Source: Pseudomonadota bacterium (lineage in GTDB: Bacteria > Myxococcota_A > UBA796 > SXON01). From it: DNA of 64,000 nucleotides. The position numbers and the translations under genes were made by a program. Where the stretch lies: assembly GCA_030684355.1 (NCBI GenBank), contig JAUXTN010000238.1:106690-170689 (forward strand), written 5' to 3'. Positions 10,192-19,494 of this stretch are shown here, in pieces; positions within the stretch are counted from its first letter, which is position 1; each line of letters starts with the position of its first letter. The notes below the pieces were generated by a model, which saw nothing but the letters and a program-made list of their open reading frames with translations, had not been told where the DNA came from and ran no database searches.

Positions 10192-11324
10192 CACCAACCC
10201 CCGTCGCGTGAGTAGCCGAAGGCCGTGAAGGCCGATTCCCAGGCGCGGTCGACCCGCGCGCGATCCCGCTCGTCGAGGGCGAGCGCGTTGCGGGTGTACG
10301 GGCCGACGCCCGCCAGGTACGCCCGGAGCGCCGGTTCGCCGCGCTCCCAACCCTGGAGCCCGAGCGTGGCGAACACCTCCCCGAGCACGCCGACCTCGTC
10401 GGCGACGAGATCGTCGTAGCCGATCTCCGCGAGCTGGCCGGCGGGGATCAGGGCGCGATCCGCGAGGTACCGGTCGAAGATCCGCTCGCCGAGGGCGAGC
10501 GTCTGCCGTGCGCGCTCCTCCTCCCACCCCTCGCGCGGGACCTGGAAGAAGTTCTCCCAGTCGGTGTGTGCACGCAGGTGCAACGTGCTCGCGAACACCC
10601 GGTACGGGTGCCGGTGGATGAAGACGAACCGGGCGTCGGGCCAGAGTTGGAGCAAGAGCCGGATGCGCGCGGTGTGGGCGCAGCTCTTGAGCACCACCTG
10701 CCGGCCCTTCGCGGCGTACATCAGCTTCTTCACGAAGTAGCGGAGGGCGTCCTTCCAGGCGTCGACCTCGTCGGGAGCGGCCTCGAGGAAGTCGATGTAG
10801 CGCTCGTAGCGGGGGGCGTCGGCGGGGAACATCGCGCCCAGGTAGGGCGAGAGGCCGGTGAGCTTCGCGAGCGCGATCTCGTCCTCGGCGGCCTCGTCCC
10901 AGCCCATCTTCACGTTGTCGTAGCCGCGGGTCTCGGGGAGGAGCCCCGCGGTCAGCGGGCCGACCAACTCGCGCGTGCCGAGGAAGGAGCCGGGGAAGAC
11001 CACCTGGTAGGTGGTCGGGCAGGTGTAGTCCGGCATCCGGCCGATGCAATTCTGGAGGTGGGTCGTCCCCGAGCGCCAGTGGCCGAGGACGAACAGCGGC
11101 GACGGATCGATCTCGACCGAGGCGATCGCGCGCCCGAACCGGGCGTCCTCGGCGCGCGCCGCGAGCGTGCTCGCCGCCCCGAGCGCGGTGATCCAGGCCG
11201 CGCGCGGCACGTAGGCCGGATCGACCTTCCAGTGGGCGCGGCAGAGGGTGTCCCGCCAGGCGCCGAGCTCCATGCCGGCGAGGAGCTGGCCGGTAGCGAA
11301 CAGGTCGGGGAGAGAGCGTCGCAT
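10191..11324 (-). CDS. PAPS-dependent sulfotransferase family protein
   Basis: 377-aa ORF with a 5'-PSB loop, GHWRSGTTHL, and a later KSCAHTARI region. Both junctions with neighbouring genes overlap by 1 nt (TGATG). Confidence 0.85.
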   Translation of the reverse strand: MRRSLPDLFATGQLLAGMELGAWRDTLCRAHWKVDPAYVPRAAWITALGAASTLAARAEDARFGRAIASVEIDPSPLFVLGHWRSGTTHLQNCIGRMPDYTCPTTYQVVFPGSFLGTRELVGPLTAGLLPETRGYDNVKMGWDEAAEDEIALAKLTGLSPYLGAMFPADAPRYERYIDFLEAAPDEVDAWKDALRYFVKKLMYAAKGRQVVLKSCAHTARIRLLLQLWPDARFVFIHRHPYRVFASTLHLRAHTDWENFFQVPREGWEEERARQTLALGERIFDRYLADRALIPAGQLAEIGYDDLVADEVGVLGEVFATLGLQGWERGEPALRAYLAGVGPYTRNALALDERDRARVDRAWESAFTAFGYSRDGGW

Positions 11325-11713
11325 CAGTTACTCCCGAGGGCGCCGGAGGGGTCGAGCGCGTCGAGCACCGCCGGGCGCTCGGCGTAGTGGAGGAGCAGGA
11401 CGAAGCGCAGCGCCTCGAAGACCTTGCGGGCGGGCCACGCGGGGGCCTCCGAGACCGCGTCGATCCAGGCGCGCCGCTCGGCGGACGTGCCGTCGGCGAA
11501 GGACACGCTCCGGCCGCACCAGACGCCGAAGCCGGTGTCGAAGGCGGTCAGCGTCGCGAGGAACGCCGTACGTTGCGGGGCGGGGATCAAGCGCAGCCAA
11601 TCCTCGATGGACCCCGCCACCCCGGCGCCCGTGCCGTCGATCTCCAGGGGGCGCTCCGACGGCAGCAGGGTCCGCACCAGGGCCGCGAGCGTGCGCCGCT
11701 GCCCGCCCGTCAC
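11324..11713 (-). CDS. Small hypothetical protein (possibly an accessory subunit for the GMC oxidoreductase)
   Basis: This is the 3' part of track ORF 11324..12613. The GTG at 11713 overlaps the upstream stop (GTGA). The sequence VTGGQRRTLAALVRTLLPSE.. resembles small subunits found with GMC-type dehydrogenases, but this is pattern only. Confidence 0.5.
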   Translation of the reverse strand: MTGGQRRTLAALVRTLLPSERPLEIDGTGAGVAGSIEDWLRLIPAPQRTAFLATLTAFDTGFGVWCGRSVSFADGTSAERRAWIDAVSEAPAWPARKVFEALRFVLLLHYAERPAVLDALDPSGALGSN

Positions 11714-13215
11714 GCGCACCTCCGGCGGCGATCCGCGTCCCGCCAGTCGTCGACGATGTCCTTGGGGTGCACCGGCCCGTCGAACGGGCGCCGGGTGAGC
11801 GCGTCGAAGTCGGTCGGGCCGTAGGTCTGCACGAGGTAGCCCTGGCGGAGCACCGGCAGGAACCAAGGCAGCCACAAGAAGAGGCTCTTGACCACCACGA
11901 TGTCCGCCCGCCACACGGAGAGCCCGAGCGCGCTCCAGAAGGCGGGCCGGATTGCGAAGGGCGGCCCCTCCGTGATCGCCAGCGCGACGTGCCCGAGCTC
12001 CAGGAGCACGATGCGCCCGAACGCCTCGGTCTCCCGACGCGCCCGGAGGGTCCCGGTCACGCGCAGCGGGGGCGCGTACTCGCCGGTCAGGTAGCCGCCC
12101 ACGTCGAGGTCCACGCGCTCGCCGTCGGCCTGACGCCAGAGCGCCGCGACCGCGGCCGGATCGCGGATGGGCAGGTAGCTCCGGAGCCCCTCCCCGTGGG
12201 CGAGCAGCGCGCGCAGCAGGCCGGTGTGGTCGCCGGTCGAGCCGGCGCCGACGACGTCGCTCGTGTCGACGAGGCAGGCGCAGCCGAGCTTCCGGAGCCA
12301 CCAGCGCCGCCGCACCGTGCCGATGGCCTCCTCCGCCGACCGCGTCCGGGGCGGCATGGCGCCGCGCACCTGCCACGCCGCGTCGGCCAGCATCTCGGCC
12401 ACGCGCTCGGCGAGCGCGGGGTCCCCATCGGTCACCACGTGGGTCGCCCAGCCGAGATCGGGCGCGACGGACCAGGGATGACAGAGAAAAAGGTTCGCCG
12501 TGACCACCCCCGGCATGCGCCGGGCGCGCGCGAGGGCCCGGTGCAGCGGCAGCATCGCGAGGCCGAAGTCCATGGTCGTGCCGCCGCCGAGGATCATCGG
12601 GAGCGCGCGCCACGCGGTCACCGGGCGGAGGCGCCCCGCCAGCATGCGCAGCAGGAGCTGCATGCCCTCCGCGCCGGTGCGGAAGTGGTCACGATGCGGG
12701 TTGGTGCGGAACGCGACGAGGAGGTCCGCGGCCTTCACCTTCGCCTTGGTGATGTGCGCGTGCAGATCGAGGCACACCGCCAACGCGCCGTCGGCCCCGA
12801 GCGCCGCGCGCGCATCCGCCATGAGCAGGGTCTCGGGATCCTCCACCCCGTCGGCGACCAGCGCGCCGTGGAGCACGAACACCATGCCGTCGAGCGGCCC
12901 CGCCGCGGCGAGCCCGTCGACGAGGAGGCGACGGAGCGCCGAGAACGTCTGGTGCGAGAGCGGGCCGCCCGGCAGGGTCCAGGCGGAGACGATCGGGACG
13001 ATCTCGACCCCGCCGTGCCGCGCCGCCTCGTGCATCGCGCCCGCGAGCTCGGCGCGCCGGATGTAGCCGGGCACCTCCTGCCCGCCGGGGCCGCAGGCGG
13101 CGAGGATCTCGGCACCGACGAGGAGGTGGTGGCGCTGGAAGTCCTGCAGCTCCGCGCGAACCGGGCACAGCGCGTTGGTCTCCTGGGAGATGCGGGCAAT
13201 GGCGATTCGAAGCAT
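11710..13215 (-). CDS. M81-family metallopeptidase (MlrC / microcystinase-C-like)
   Basis: 501-aa ORF. The N-terminus MLRIAIARISQETN.. and the overall layout (DUF1485-like N-terminal domain plus MlrC C-terminal domain) were recognised by eye. Confidence 0.85.
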   Translation of the reverse strand: MLRIAIARISQETNALCPVRAELQDFQRHHLLVGAEILAACGPGGQEVPGYIRRAELAGAMHEAARHGGVEIVPIVSAWTLPGGPLSHQTFSALRRLLVDGLAAAGPLDGMVFVLHGALVADGVEDPETLLMADARAALGADGALAVCLDLHAHITKAKVKAADLLVAFRTNPHRDHFRTGAEGMQLLLRMLAGRLRPVTAWRALPMILGGGTTMDFGLAMLPLHRALARARRMPGVVTANLFLCHPWSVAPDLGWATHVVTDGDPALAERVAEMLADAAWQVRGAMPPRTRSAEEAIGTVRRRWWLRKLGCACLVDTSDVVGAGSTGDHTGLLRALLAHGEGLRSYLPIRDPAAVAALWRQADGERVDLDVGGYLTGEYAPPLRVTGTLRARRETEAFGRIVLLELGHVALAITEGPPFAIRPAFWSALGLSVWRADIVVVKSLFLWLPWFLPVLRQGYLVQTYGPTDFDALTRRPFDGPVHPKDIVDDWRDADRRRRCA

Positions 13216-13318
13216 GTTCGCCTCGTAGCCAGCGCGATCCGGGCACGTGGTTGCAGGGCTGTTGCAACCACGTTGGGAGTCCGCGCGGGAGGGTCAGCGC
13301 GTGCGTGTCACGGACGGA

Positions 13319-15727
13319 TCACACGAACGTGCAGAGGCGCTCCTGCATGCGCACCTCGTGGTCGCGCAGCTCGGGCGGCCGGCGGTCGAGCACGGCGGCG
13401 AGGCTACGCGTGAGGGCGTCCTCCGCCCGCGCCGCGGCACGCTCGCTGGGGTCGAGGGCCGCGAGCACCCACTGCCCGATCCCGGCGCCGCGGCTGTCGC
13501 CGGCCGACGCCGTCATCCGGATGCCTTGCCGCACGAACGCGAGCCCGTCCCCACCGGTGAGCACCAGCGCGCGCCCCCAGCGCCACCGCGCCCACCCCTC
13601 GAAGCGCACGTCTCCCGCGCTCCCGAGCCGCGCCGCGGCGGTGGCGAAGTGCTGGAGCGCGTCGAGGTCCCCCTCCTCGGCGGCGATGTCACCCAGGGTC
13701 ATCAGCGCCAGCGCCTCGCTCCGGAGGTTGCCGAGCTGCCGGTGCACGGAGAGCGCCTCGGCCACCACGACGCGGGCATCGGACAACGCACCGGCGTCCA
13801 GGTGGCGCACCGCCCGGTTGCCGAGGAGCTGCCCGAGGCACATGCGGTCGTTCGCCTCGCGGAAGCTACGCTCGGCGAGCCCGTCGTGGAGGTCGGACCG
13901 CTCGGGCTGCGCGCGGCGCAGGTAGAGCGTCGCGAGGTTCGCGTGCAACCGCCCCCGGTTCGCGGCGCGGGCGGTGCCCTCCATGTCGCCCAGCGCGAGG
14001 AGGAGCTGCTCCTCGGCGGCGACGAGATCGCCGCGCCCCAGCCACGCGGCGCCGAGGTTCGCGCGGAAGGTGGCCGCCTGGCCGCGATCCCCGAGCCGGA
14101 CGAGCCGCGTGACCGCTTGTTCGTAGAGCACCACCGCCCGCGCCGAGTCGCCGGAGTAGGCCGCGACGTTACCGAGCTGCCCCTCGATCTTGCCGAGGAG
14201 GCGCTCGTCCTCAGCGCCCGCCGCGAGCCGCGCGCCGGTCTCCAGCGCCGTGGCGGCCTCCGCGCGCGCCCCGGACATCGCGCACGCCATCCCGAGCGCC
14301 CAGTGCAGGTGCGCCTGATCGGGGAACCAGGCGAGGAGGGCGCGCAGGCGAGCGGCCCGGGCCGCCATCGACTCGTCGGGGGCGAACTCGTCGGCGGGGA
14401 GCGCGAGGGCCAGGGTCAGCCGCGTGTCGGCGTCCCGGGCGCGGTCGAAGGCGCGGATGCGGTCGGCCAGCGGTGCGCGCGGCCCCAGGCACCAACGCGT
14501 GTGCCGCGCGAGCGCCTCCGCCGGGGCCTCCCCGAGCCACGCGCGGACGGGCGGCGCCAGGCGGAAGCGGCCGTCCGGCTGCCGGGCGAGCCAGTGGTGG
14601 CGCTCTGCCTCGGCGAGCCCGTCGGCCACCTCGACGGCGTCCAGGGCGCCGATCTCCTCGATGGCGTCGAACTCGAACGGGGTCGCGAACACCACGCTGG
14701 CGCGCAGCAGCGCGCGTGAGGGCTCTCCGAGCAGCGCCCAGGACCACGCGAGCAGCGCGTCCAGGCTCCCCTGCCGGCCCCCGCCCTCCCGGCGCAGCAG
14801 GCGGACGTTCCCCTCGACCAGCCGCCGGGCGAGCGACTCGGCCGGGACGGTCGCCAACCGCGCCGCGGCGAGCTCCAGCGCGAGCGGCAGGCCGTCGAGG
14901 GCGTCCACTAGCGTGCGGCCGACTGTGTCATCGAGATCGGGTTGGCGCCGACGCAGGAGGCGGAGGCCGTCCTCCGGGCCGAGCGGCGACAGGCCCAGGG
15001 TGCGCGCGCTGTCAGGGGAGACCCGCGAGGTCACCAACACGCGGTACGCGAGCGCGGTCGAGAGCCACGTCACGACCGCGTCGTGGACGTGCTCCGCGTT
15101 GTCGAGCACGAGCAGCGCGCCGGGCGTGAGCGGCCCGCCCGTGGCGCTCCGGACCGACGCCGCCACGTCGAGCGACGCCGCGTCGGACAGCGACAGGTCG
15201 ACGAACACCCCTTCCTCACGCAGGGCCAGGAGCGCCCGCGCGAGCCGCGTCTTGCCGATGCCGCCGGGGCCCACCAGGAAGAGCTGCCCGGGGGGACCGT
15301 CGGCCCACGTGCAGAGCTCCGCCAGCTCGTCGATGCGGCCGAGGAGCAGCGGATCGGCGGAGGGGGGCGGCACGGGAGACGGGGCGGGTACGGAGGCCGT
15401 GGGCGCGCCCTCGTCCGGTTGCAGCCCGTCGAGCCGGTAGCCGTGGCCGGGGGACGACACGAGGTGCGCCGGCCGCGACGGCTCCGACTCGAGCTTGCGA
15501 CGCAGCCGGTGGACGGTGAAGTCCACCGCGCGGCTCTCCACGCCGGGGTGGTACCCGAACACCTCGCGCAGGAGCTCCGCCCGGGAGACATCGGCCCCCG
15601 CGCGATCCGCGAGGAAGCCGAGCAGCGCTGCCTCGCGTCCCGTCAGGTGGGCGACGGTCGGCCCTCTACGGAGCTCGTTCCGAACGAGGTCGACCTGCGT
15701 GGGGCCGAGCCAGAAGCGGGCGGGCAT
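13319..15727 (-). CDS. Transcriptional regulator: OmpR/PhoB-type winged helix + STAND P-loop NTPase + TPR repeats
   Basis: Track ORF 13319..15802, trimmed to ATG 15727. The winged helix is LTGREAALLGFLA..VDFTVHRLRRKLE..GYRL. The Walker A motif is LVGPGGIGKTRLA. The C-terminal half is repetitive and TPR-like. Confidence 0.85.
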   Translation of the reverse strand: MPARFWLGPTQVDLVRNELRRGPTVAHLTGREAALLGFLADRAGADVSRAELLREVFGYHPGVESRAVDFTVHRLRRKLESEPSRPAHLVSSPGHGYRLDGLQPDEGAPTASVPAPSPVPPPSADPLLLGRIDELAELCTWADGPPGQLFLVGPGGIGKTRLARALLALREEGVFVDLSLSDAASLDVAASVRSATGGPLTPGALLVLDNAEHVHDAVVTWLSTALAYRVLVTSRVSPDSARTLGLSPLGPEDGLRLLRRRQPDLDDTVGRTLVDALDGLPLALELAAARLATVPAESLARRLVEGNVRLLRREGGGRQGSLDALLAWSWALLGEPSRALLRASVVFATPFEFDAIEEIGALDAVEVADGLAEAERHHWLARQPDGRFRLAPPVRAWLGEAPAEALARHTRWCLGPRAPLADRIRAFDRARDADTRLTLALALPADEFAPDESMAARAARLRALLAWFPDQAHLHWALGMACAMSGARAEAATALETGARLAAGAEDERLLGKIEGQLGNVAAYSGDSARAVVLYEQAVTRLVRLGDRGQAATFRANLGAAWLGRGDLVAAEEQLLLALGDMEGTARAANRGRLHANLATLYLRRAQPERSDLHDGLAERSFREANDRMCLGQLLGNRAVRHLDAGALSDARVVVAEALSVHRQLGNLRSEALALMTLGDIAAEEGDLDALQHFATAAARLGSAGDVRFEGWARWRWGRALVLTGGDGLAFVRQGIRMTASAGDSRGAGIGQWVLAALDPSERAAARAEDALTRSLAAVLDRRPPELRDHEVRMQERLCTFV

Positions 15728-15824
15728 CAGGTCGGACCATAACTCCTGCGCCGGCAGGCCGGGGGTCGGCCGCGCGCCCGGCAGGCCACCGCGGGGTGAC
15801 AAGCCGGGCGCGGGCCGCGCGCCT

Positions 15825-18713
15825 TCAGGGGCAGGTCAACGCGTCCCAGGTCCCCTCGTTGTTGGTCTCGTCGGCTTCGGTGTGGGCGCCCGCCCCGACG
15901 CCGTCGTCGTCCACGACCACCACCAGCCCGTCGGTGCCCAGGTCGCCGACGGCCACCGAGAACGTGAGCGGGGCGAGACGGTCACCGGGGTACGCGACGT
16001 CGCTCGTCTGCTGCACGTCGAGGAGGGTGCGGGTGCCGCCGCTGTCGGCGTAGAGCGCCACGTTCACGCCCGCCGGGACGAACACCGCGCCGGTGTTGTC
16101 CAGGACGACGTAGACCTCGAGGCCGGAGGACGAGCAGGCCTCGCACACGCCGATGACCGCCGTCTCCAGATCGGGCGCGCCCGCGGGATCGTCGGACCAG
16201 CTCACCTGGCCGCGGAAGTTCTGGTGGTCGAGCCAGCTCGATGCGAGCGAGGTCGGGATCGACAGATCGTCGTTGACGTTGTCGGAGCTGTACGCGTGCT
16301 GGTTCCAGACGTTCCGCGCGCTCGCCCAGAGGTCGTTCTCCTCGCCCAACACCACGACGCCCTGCCAGCCGGCGACGCTGTAGTTGTTGGCCGGCACCAC
16401 GAGCTCCGCGGCGCCGTCGTTGTCCACGTCCGCGATGACCGCGTTCTCGTAGATCGAGCCCGAGGCCATCGACTCGTTGGTGTAGAGCTCGGTCCCCGTC
16501 GCGCCGTCCCAGATGAAGAGGTTGGTGCGGTCGATGTAGACCACCTCGCTGGCGCCGTCCCCGTCGAAGTCGAAGGCGGAGCAGGTCATCGTGCCGGAGC
16601 TCGGATCGTAGGTGGTGGCCGTCCAGAGCGTCGCGCCGTCGGTGTCGACGAGGGAGAATTCCGACGCGGAGGCGACGCCGATCTCCGGGCTGCCGTCGCC
16701 GTCGAAGTCCGCCACGCACGGCGGCGTGTTGCCCGTGCTCGCGACGGTGGACGTCCAGAGGAGGCTGCCGTCCCCGTCGACGACGGAGAGGACCCCGCCC
16801 TGGTACGCCACCAGCTCCGCGGCGTCGTCACTGTCGAAGTTCCCGACGGCGCCCATCGACCCCGAGGACATCGAGGAGCGGATCTCCACCGCGCCCGCGA
16901 TGTCCCACGTGGCATCGCCCGTGACCACCTCGGGGGTCCCGTCGAGATCGACGTCGGCGGCGAAGCTCACGGTCCCGCCCGTGGAGCCCAGCGCGGCGAG
17001 GGTGGCACCGGTGCAGTCCAGTACCAGGCCGCTCGCGATGATCTCCACGCAGCCGTCGGCGTCCATGTCGTGAAGGGCGGGGGAGCTGTACATGCTGGCC
17101 GTGTCCGTGGACACCCACTTCAGCGTGCCGTCGTGCTCGAGGGCCATGACGTGGCCCCCCGTGGACATCGTGAGGATGTCGGGCGAGCCGTCGCCTTCGA
17201 TGTCCCCGACGGCCACCCCGGCCGCGCCGTTGACGCTGTAGCCGCCGACGGAGGTGAGCGACCAATGCTCGCCGGTGCCGTCGCCCGAGAAGGCGCGCAG
17301 GTAGCCGGCACCGCCGTAGGACGAGCCGGTGAAGGCGGTGAAGAGCACGTCGGGCATGTCGCGCTCGTCGATGTCGCCGTCGCCGTCGTCGTCGGTCACC
17401 TGGCCGACCACCGGCGTCATCATCACCTCGGTGTAGGCGCTGCCCGCGCTGTATCCGAAGTCGTCGGTCTGCCACTCGATCGCCACGCTCCAGTCCAGGG
17501 GCGACGTGGTGACGGTCGCGCCGGTGTCGTAGGCCACGGTCGCGGCCCCGGGGAGCCCGTCGCAGGGATCGGGATCCTCGGCACCGTCGCAGTCGCTGTC
17601 AACGCCGTCGTACCAACTCTCGGCCGCGCCCGGGTACACATCCACGGCGTCATCGTCGCAATCGGTGCTGTCCACGATGCCGGCGGCGTCGCAAGAGAGG
17701 GTCGCGCTGCCGGCGTCGCCGAAGCCGTCCCCGTCGATGTCGGCGTACCAGGTAGAAGCGTCGGCGGCGTCGGGCTCGTCGACCGTGCCGTCGCAATCGT
17801 TGTCGACGGTGTCACACACCTCGGTGGCGTCCGGGTTGGTGGCAGCCACGGCGTCGTCGCAGTCCGTGGCGTCGGCCACGCCCGTCGCGTCGCAGGAGAC
17901 ACTGGAGCTGCTGGGATCCCCGAAGCCGTCGGCGTCGGTGTCGGCGTACCAGGTGGCGGCATCCGCGGCGTCCGGCTCGTCGACGGTGCCGTCGCAGTCG
18001 TTGTCGAGGGTGTCACACAGCTCGGTGGCGTCGGGGTTCACGTCGACCAGCGCATCGTCGCAGTCGCCGCCCAGGGCCGCGTAGCCCGCGGGCAGCTCGC
18101 ATGCCGCGGTCACGACGGCGTCGTCGCCCCAGCCGTCGCCGTCGGCGTCCTGCCAGTACGTGGCGGTCACCCCCTCGTCGACGACACCGTCACAATTGTT
18201 GTCGATCGCGTCGCACACCTCGATCGCGACGGGGTTGACATCGATATCGGCGTCGTCACACTCCGCGCAGGCCGCGTACCCGTCGCCGTCCGCGTCGGCG
18301 TATCCGACGCTGCCATCGCAGTTGTAGTCGTTGGGATCCGCGCAGTCCGCCTCAGCGGCGCCGGGGTTGTAGGCGATGTCGCCGTCGTCACAGTCGTCGG
18401 CGCCCGCGACGTGGCCCTCCGGGGCCTCGCACGCCGTGGTCGCGGTCGACGCGTCGCCGTACCCGTCGCCATCGACATCGGCGTACCAGGTGGAGGCGTC
18501 GGTCGCGTCCTCGTCGGACTCGCCGTCGCAGTCGTTGTCCACACCGTCGCAGAGCTCGGGGGCGCCGGGGAAGCTGGTGGCGACGTCGTCGTCGCAATCG
18601 TCCGCGGCGCTGACGCCGTCCCCGTCCTCGTCGATCCCCACGTCGGGGACGTCCACCTTGTCTTTCGTCGGATCGCAGCCGAGGGTGCAGAGGAGGAGCA
18701 GGGAAAGGCGCAT
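15825..18713 (-). CDS. Large lipoprotein with MopE-like Cys/Asp metal-binding repeats and FG-GAP/VCBS repeats
   Basis: Track ORF trimmed to ATG 18713 (lipobox MRLSLLLLCTLGC). It has about six repeats of ..CDDxDxxxxPGAxExCDxxDNDCDGxxDE..WYADxDGDGxGD.., followed by FG-GAP-type DxDGDG blades. Confidence 0.9.
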   Translation of the reverse strand: MRLSLLLLCTLGCDPTKDKVDVPDVGIDEDGDGVSAADDCDDDVATSFPGAPELCDGVDNDCDGESDEDATDASTWYADVDGDGYGDASTATTACEAPEGHVAGADDCDDGDIAYNPGAAEADCADPNDYNCDGSVGYADADGDGYAACAECDDADIDVNPVAIEVCDAIDNNCDGVVDEGVTATYWQDADGDGWGDDAVVTAACELPAGYAALGGDCDDALVDVNPDATELCDTLDNDCDGTVDEPDAADAATWYADTDADGFGDPSSSSVSCDATGVADATDCDDAVAATNPDATEVCDTVDNDCDGTVDEPDAADASTWYADIDGDGFGDAGSATLSCDAAGIVDSTDCDDDAVDVYPGAAESWYDGVDSDCDGAEDPDPCDGLPGAATVAYDTGATVTTSPLDWSVAIEWQTDDFGYSAGSAYTEVMMTPVVGQVTDDDGDGDIDERDMPDVLFTAFTGSSYGGAGYLRAFSGDGTGEHWSLTSVGGYSVNGAAGVAVGDIEGDGSPDILTMSTGGHVMALEHDGTLKWVSTDTASMYSSPALHDMDADGCVEIIASGLVLDCTGATLAALGSTGGTVSFAADVDLDGTPEVVTGDATWDIAGAVEIRSSMSSGSMGAVGNFDSDDAAELVAYQGGVLSVVDGDGSLLWTSTVASTGNTPPCVADFDGDGSPEIGVASASEFSLVDTDGATLWTATTYDPSSGTMTCSAFDFDGDGASEVVYIDRTNLFIWDGATGTELYTNESMASGSIYENAVIADVDNDGAAELVVPANNYSVAGWQGVVVLGEENDLWASARNVWNQHAYSSDNVNDDLSIPTSLASSWLDHQNFRGQVSWSDDPAGAPDLETAVIGVCEACSSSGLEVYVVLDNTGAVFVPAGVNVALYADSGGTRTLLDVQQTSDVAYPGDRLAPLTFSVAVGDLGTDGLVVVVDDDGVGAGAHTEADETNNEGTWDALTCP

Positions 18714-18848
18714 GGTTTTCTCCGGTGCGCGAGTATGCACGTTCTCGAAATGTTTGCGAGCACCGGGCGGGAGATCGACGATCGCCCCGCGGTCGAGGAG
18801 GTGTCGTCGAAGATGGCGGCATGGCACGCAGCTTGCGAGAGGGCAGGC

Positions 18849-19427
18849 ATGTCCGACATCCCCCGCCTCCTCGACGCCATCCTGGTCCACCATGCCTTCC
18901 TGCGCCGCGAGCTCGATCGCCTCGACACCGAGCTCGTCGGCGCCCCGCGGCAGATCGCGGCGCCGTTCGCCCACTTCCGGCGCTCGATGATCGAGCACAT
19001 GGACCACGAGGAGGCGGAGATCTTCCCCGCGATCCGCGCCTTCGCCGCGGGCCACCTCGCCGCCGCGGACCTGCCCGCGCTCCACGAGGAGCGGGACGCC
19101 ATCGGCACCTTCGAGCTGTCGCTGCGGGAGGCCGCGCGCGACGCCGGACGGCTCGAAGCCGATCTGCTCGCCATGCTCGACGACCTGGCCGAGCACGTGC
19201 GCAAGGAGGACGAGGAGCTCGTGCCAGCCGTCGCCGCCCTGGTGCGGGAGCGCGCGGGTCCGGCGGCCGCGATGCGTCCCCCGACCGCGGCGCCTCCCCC
19301 GACCGGAAGGCCCGCACCGCGCCCGATCCCGATCCCGCCGCCGGCACCGGCACGCGCCGGCCTGCGCGGGGGGCTGGTTGGCCTCGCACGACGGATGTGG
19401 GGGAAGGCCCACGGCCCCGTCGAATGA
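18849..19427 (+). CDS. Hemerythrin (HHE cation-binding) domain protein
   Basis: This is the 3' end of the 1310-aa track ORF. ATG 18849 gives MSDIPRLLDAILVHHAFLRRELDRL..HMDHEEAEIFP..LAEHVRKEDEEL. The start could be 18813. The C-terminal tail is Pro-rich. Confidence 0.75.
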   Translation: MSDIPRLLDAILVHHAFLRRELDRLDTELVGAPRQIAAPFAHFRRSMIEHMDHEEAEIFPAIRAFAAGHLAAADLPALHEERDAIGTFELSLREAARDAGRLEADLLAMLDDLAEHVRKEDEELVPAVAALVRERAGPAAAMRPPTAAPPPTGRPAPRPIPIPPPAPARAGLRGGLVGLARRMWGKAHGPVE

Positions 19428-19494
19428 ACGGGGCGTCCGGACACCTCGGGGTGGACGAGCTCGCACGCGACCGCGCCCGTCGATACCTTCGGGC

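Noticed and set aside
17560-18620. Repetitive DNA that might be a mobile element or a satellite
   Set aside because: The repeats are in frame and encode the Cys/Asp (MopE-like) modules of the lipoprotein. There are no terminal inverted repeats and no transposase.
15495-18848. The N-terminal ~1100 aa of the 1310-aa plus-strand ORF 15495..19427
   Set aside because: It runs antisense to the wHTH-STAND regulator and the MopE/FG-GAP lipoprotein and consists of repetitive VGHRDA-type low complexity. Only the last 192 codons (the hemerythrin domain) look like a real gene.
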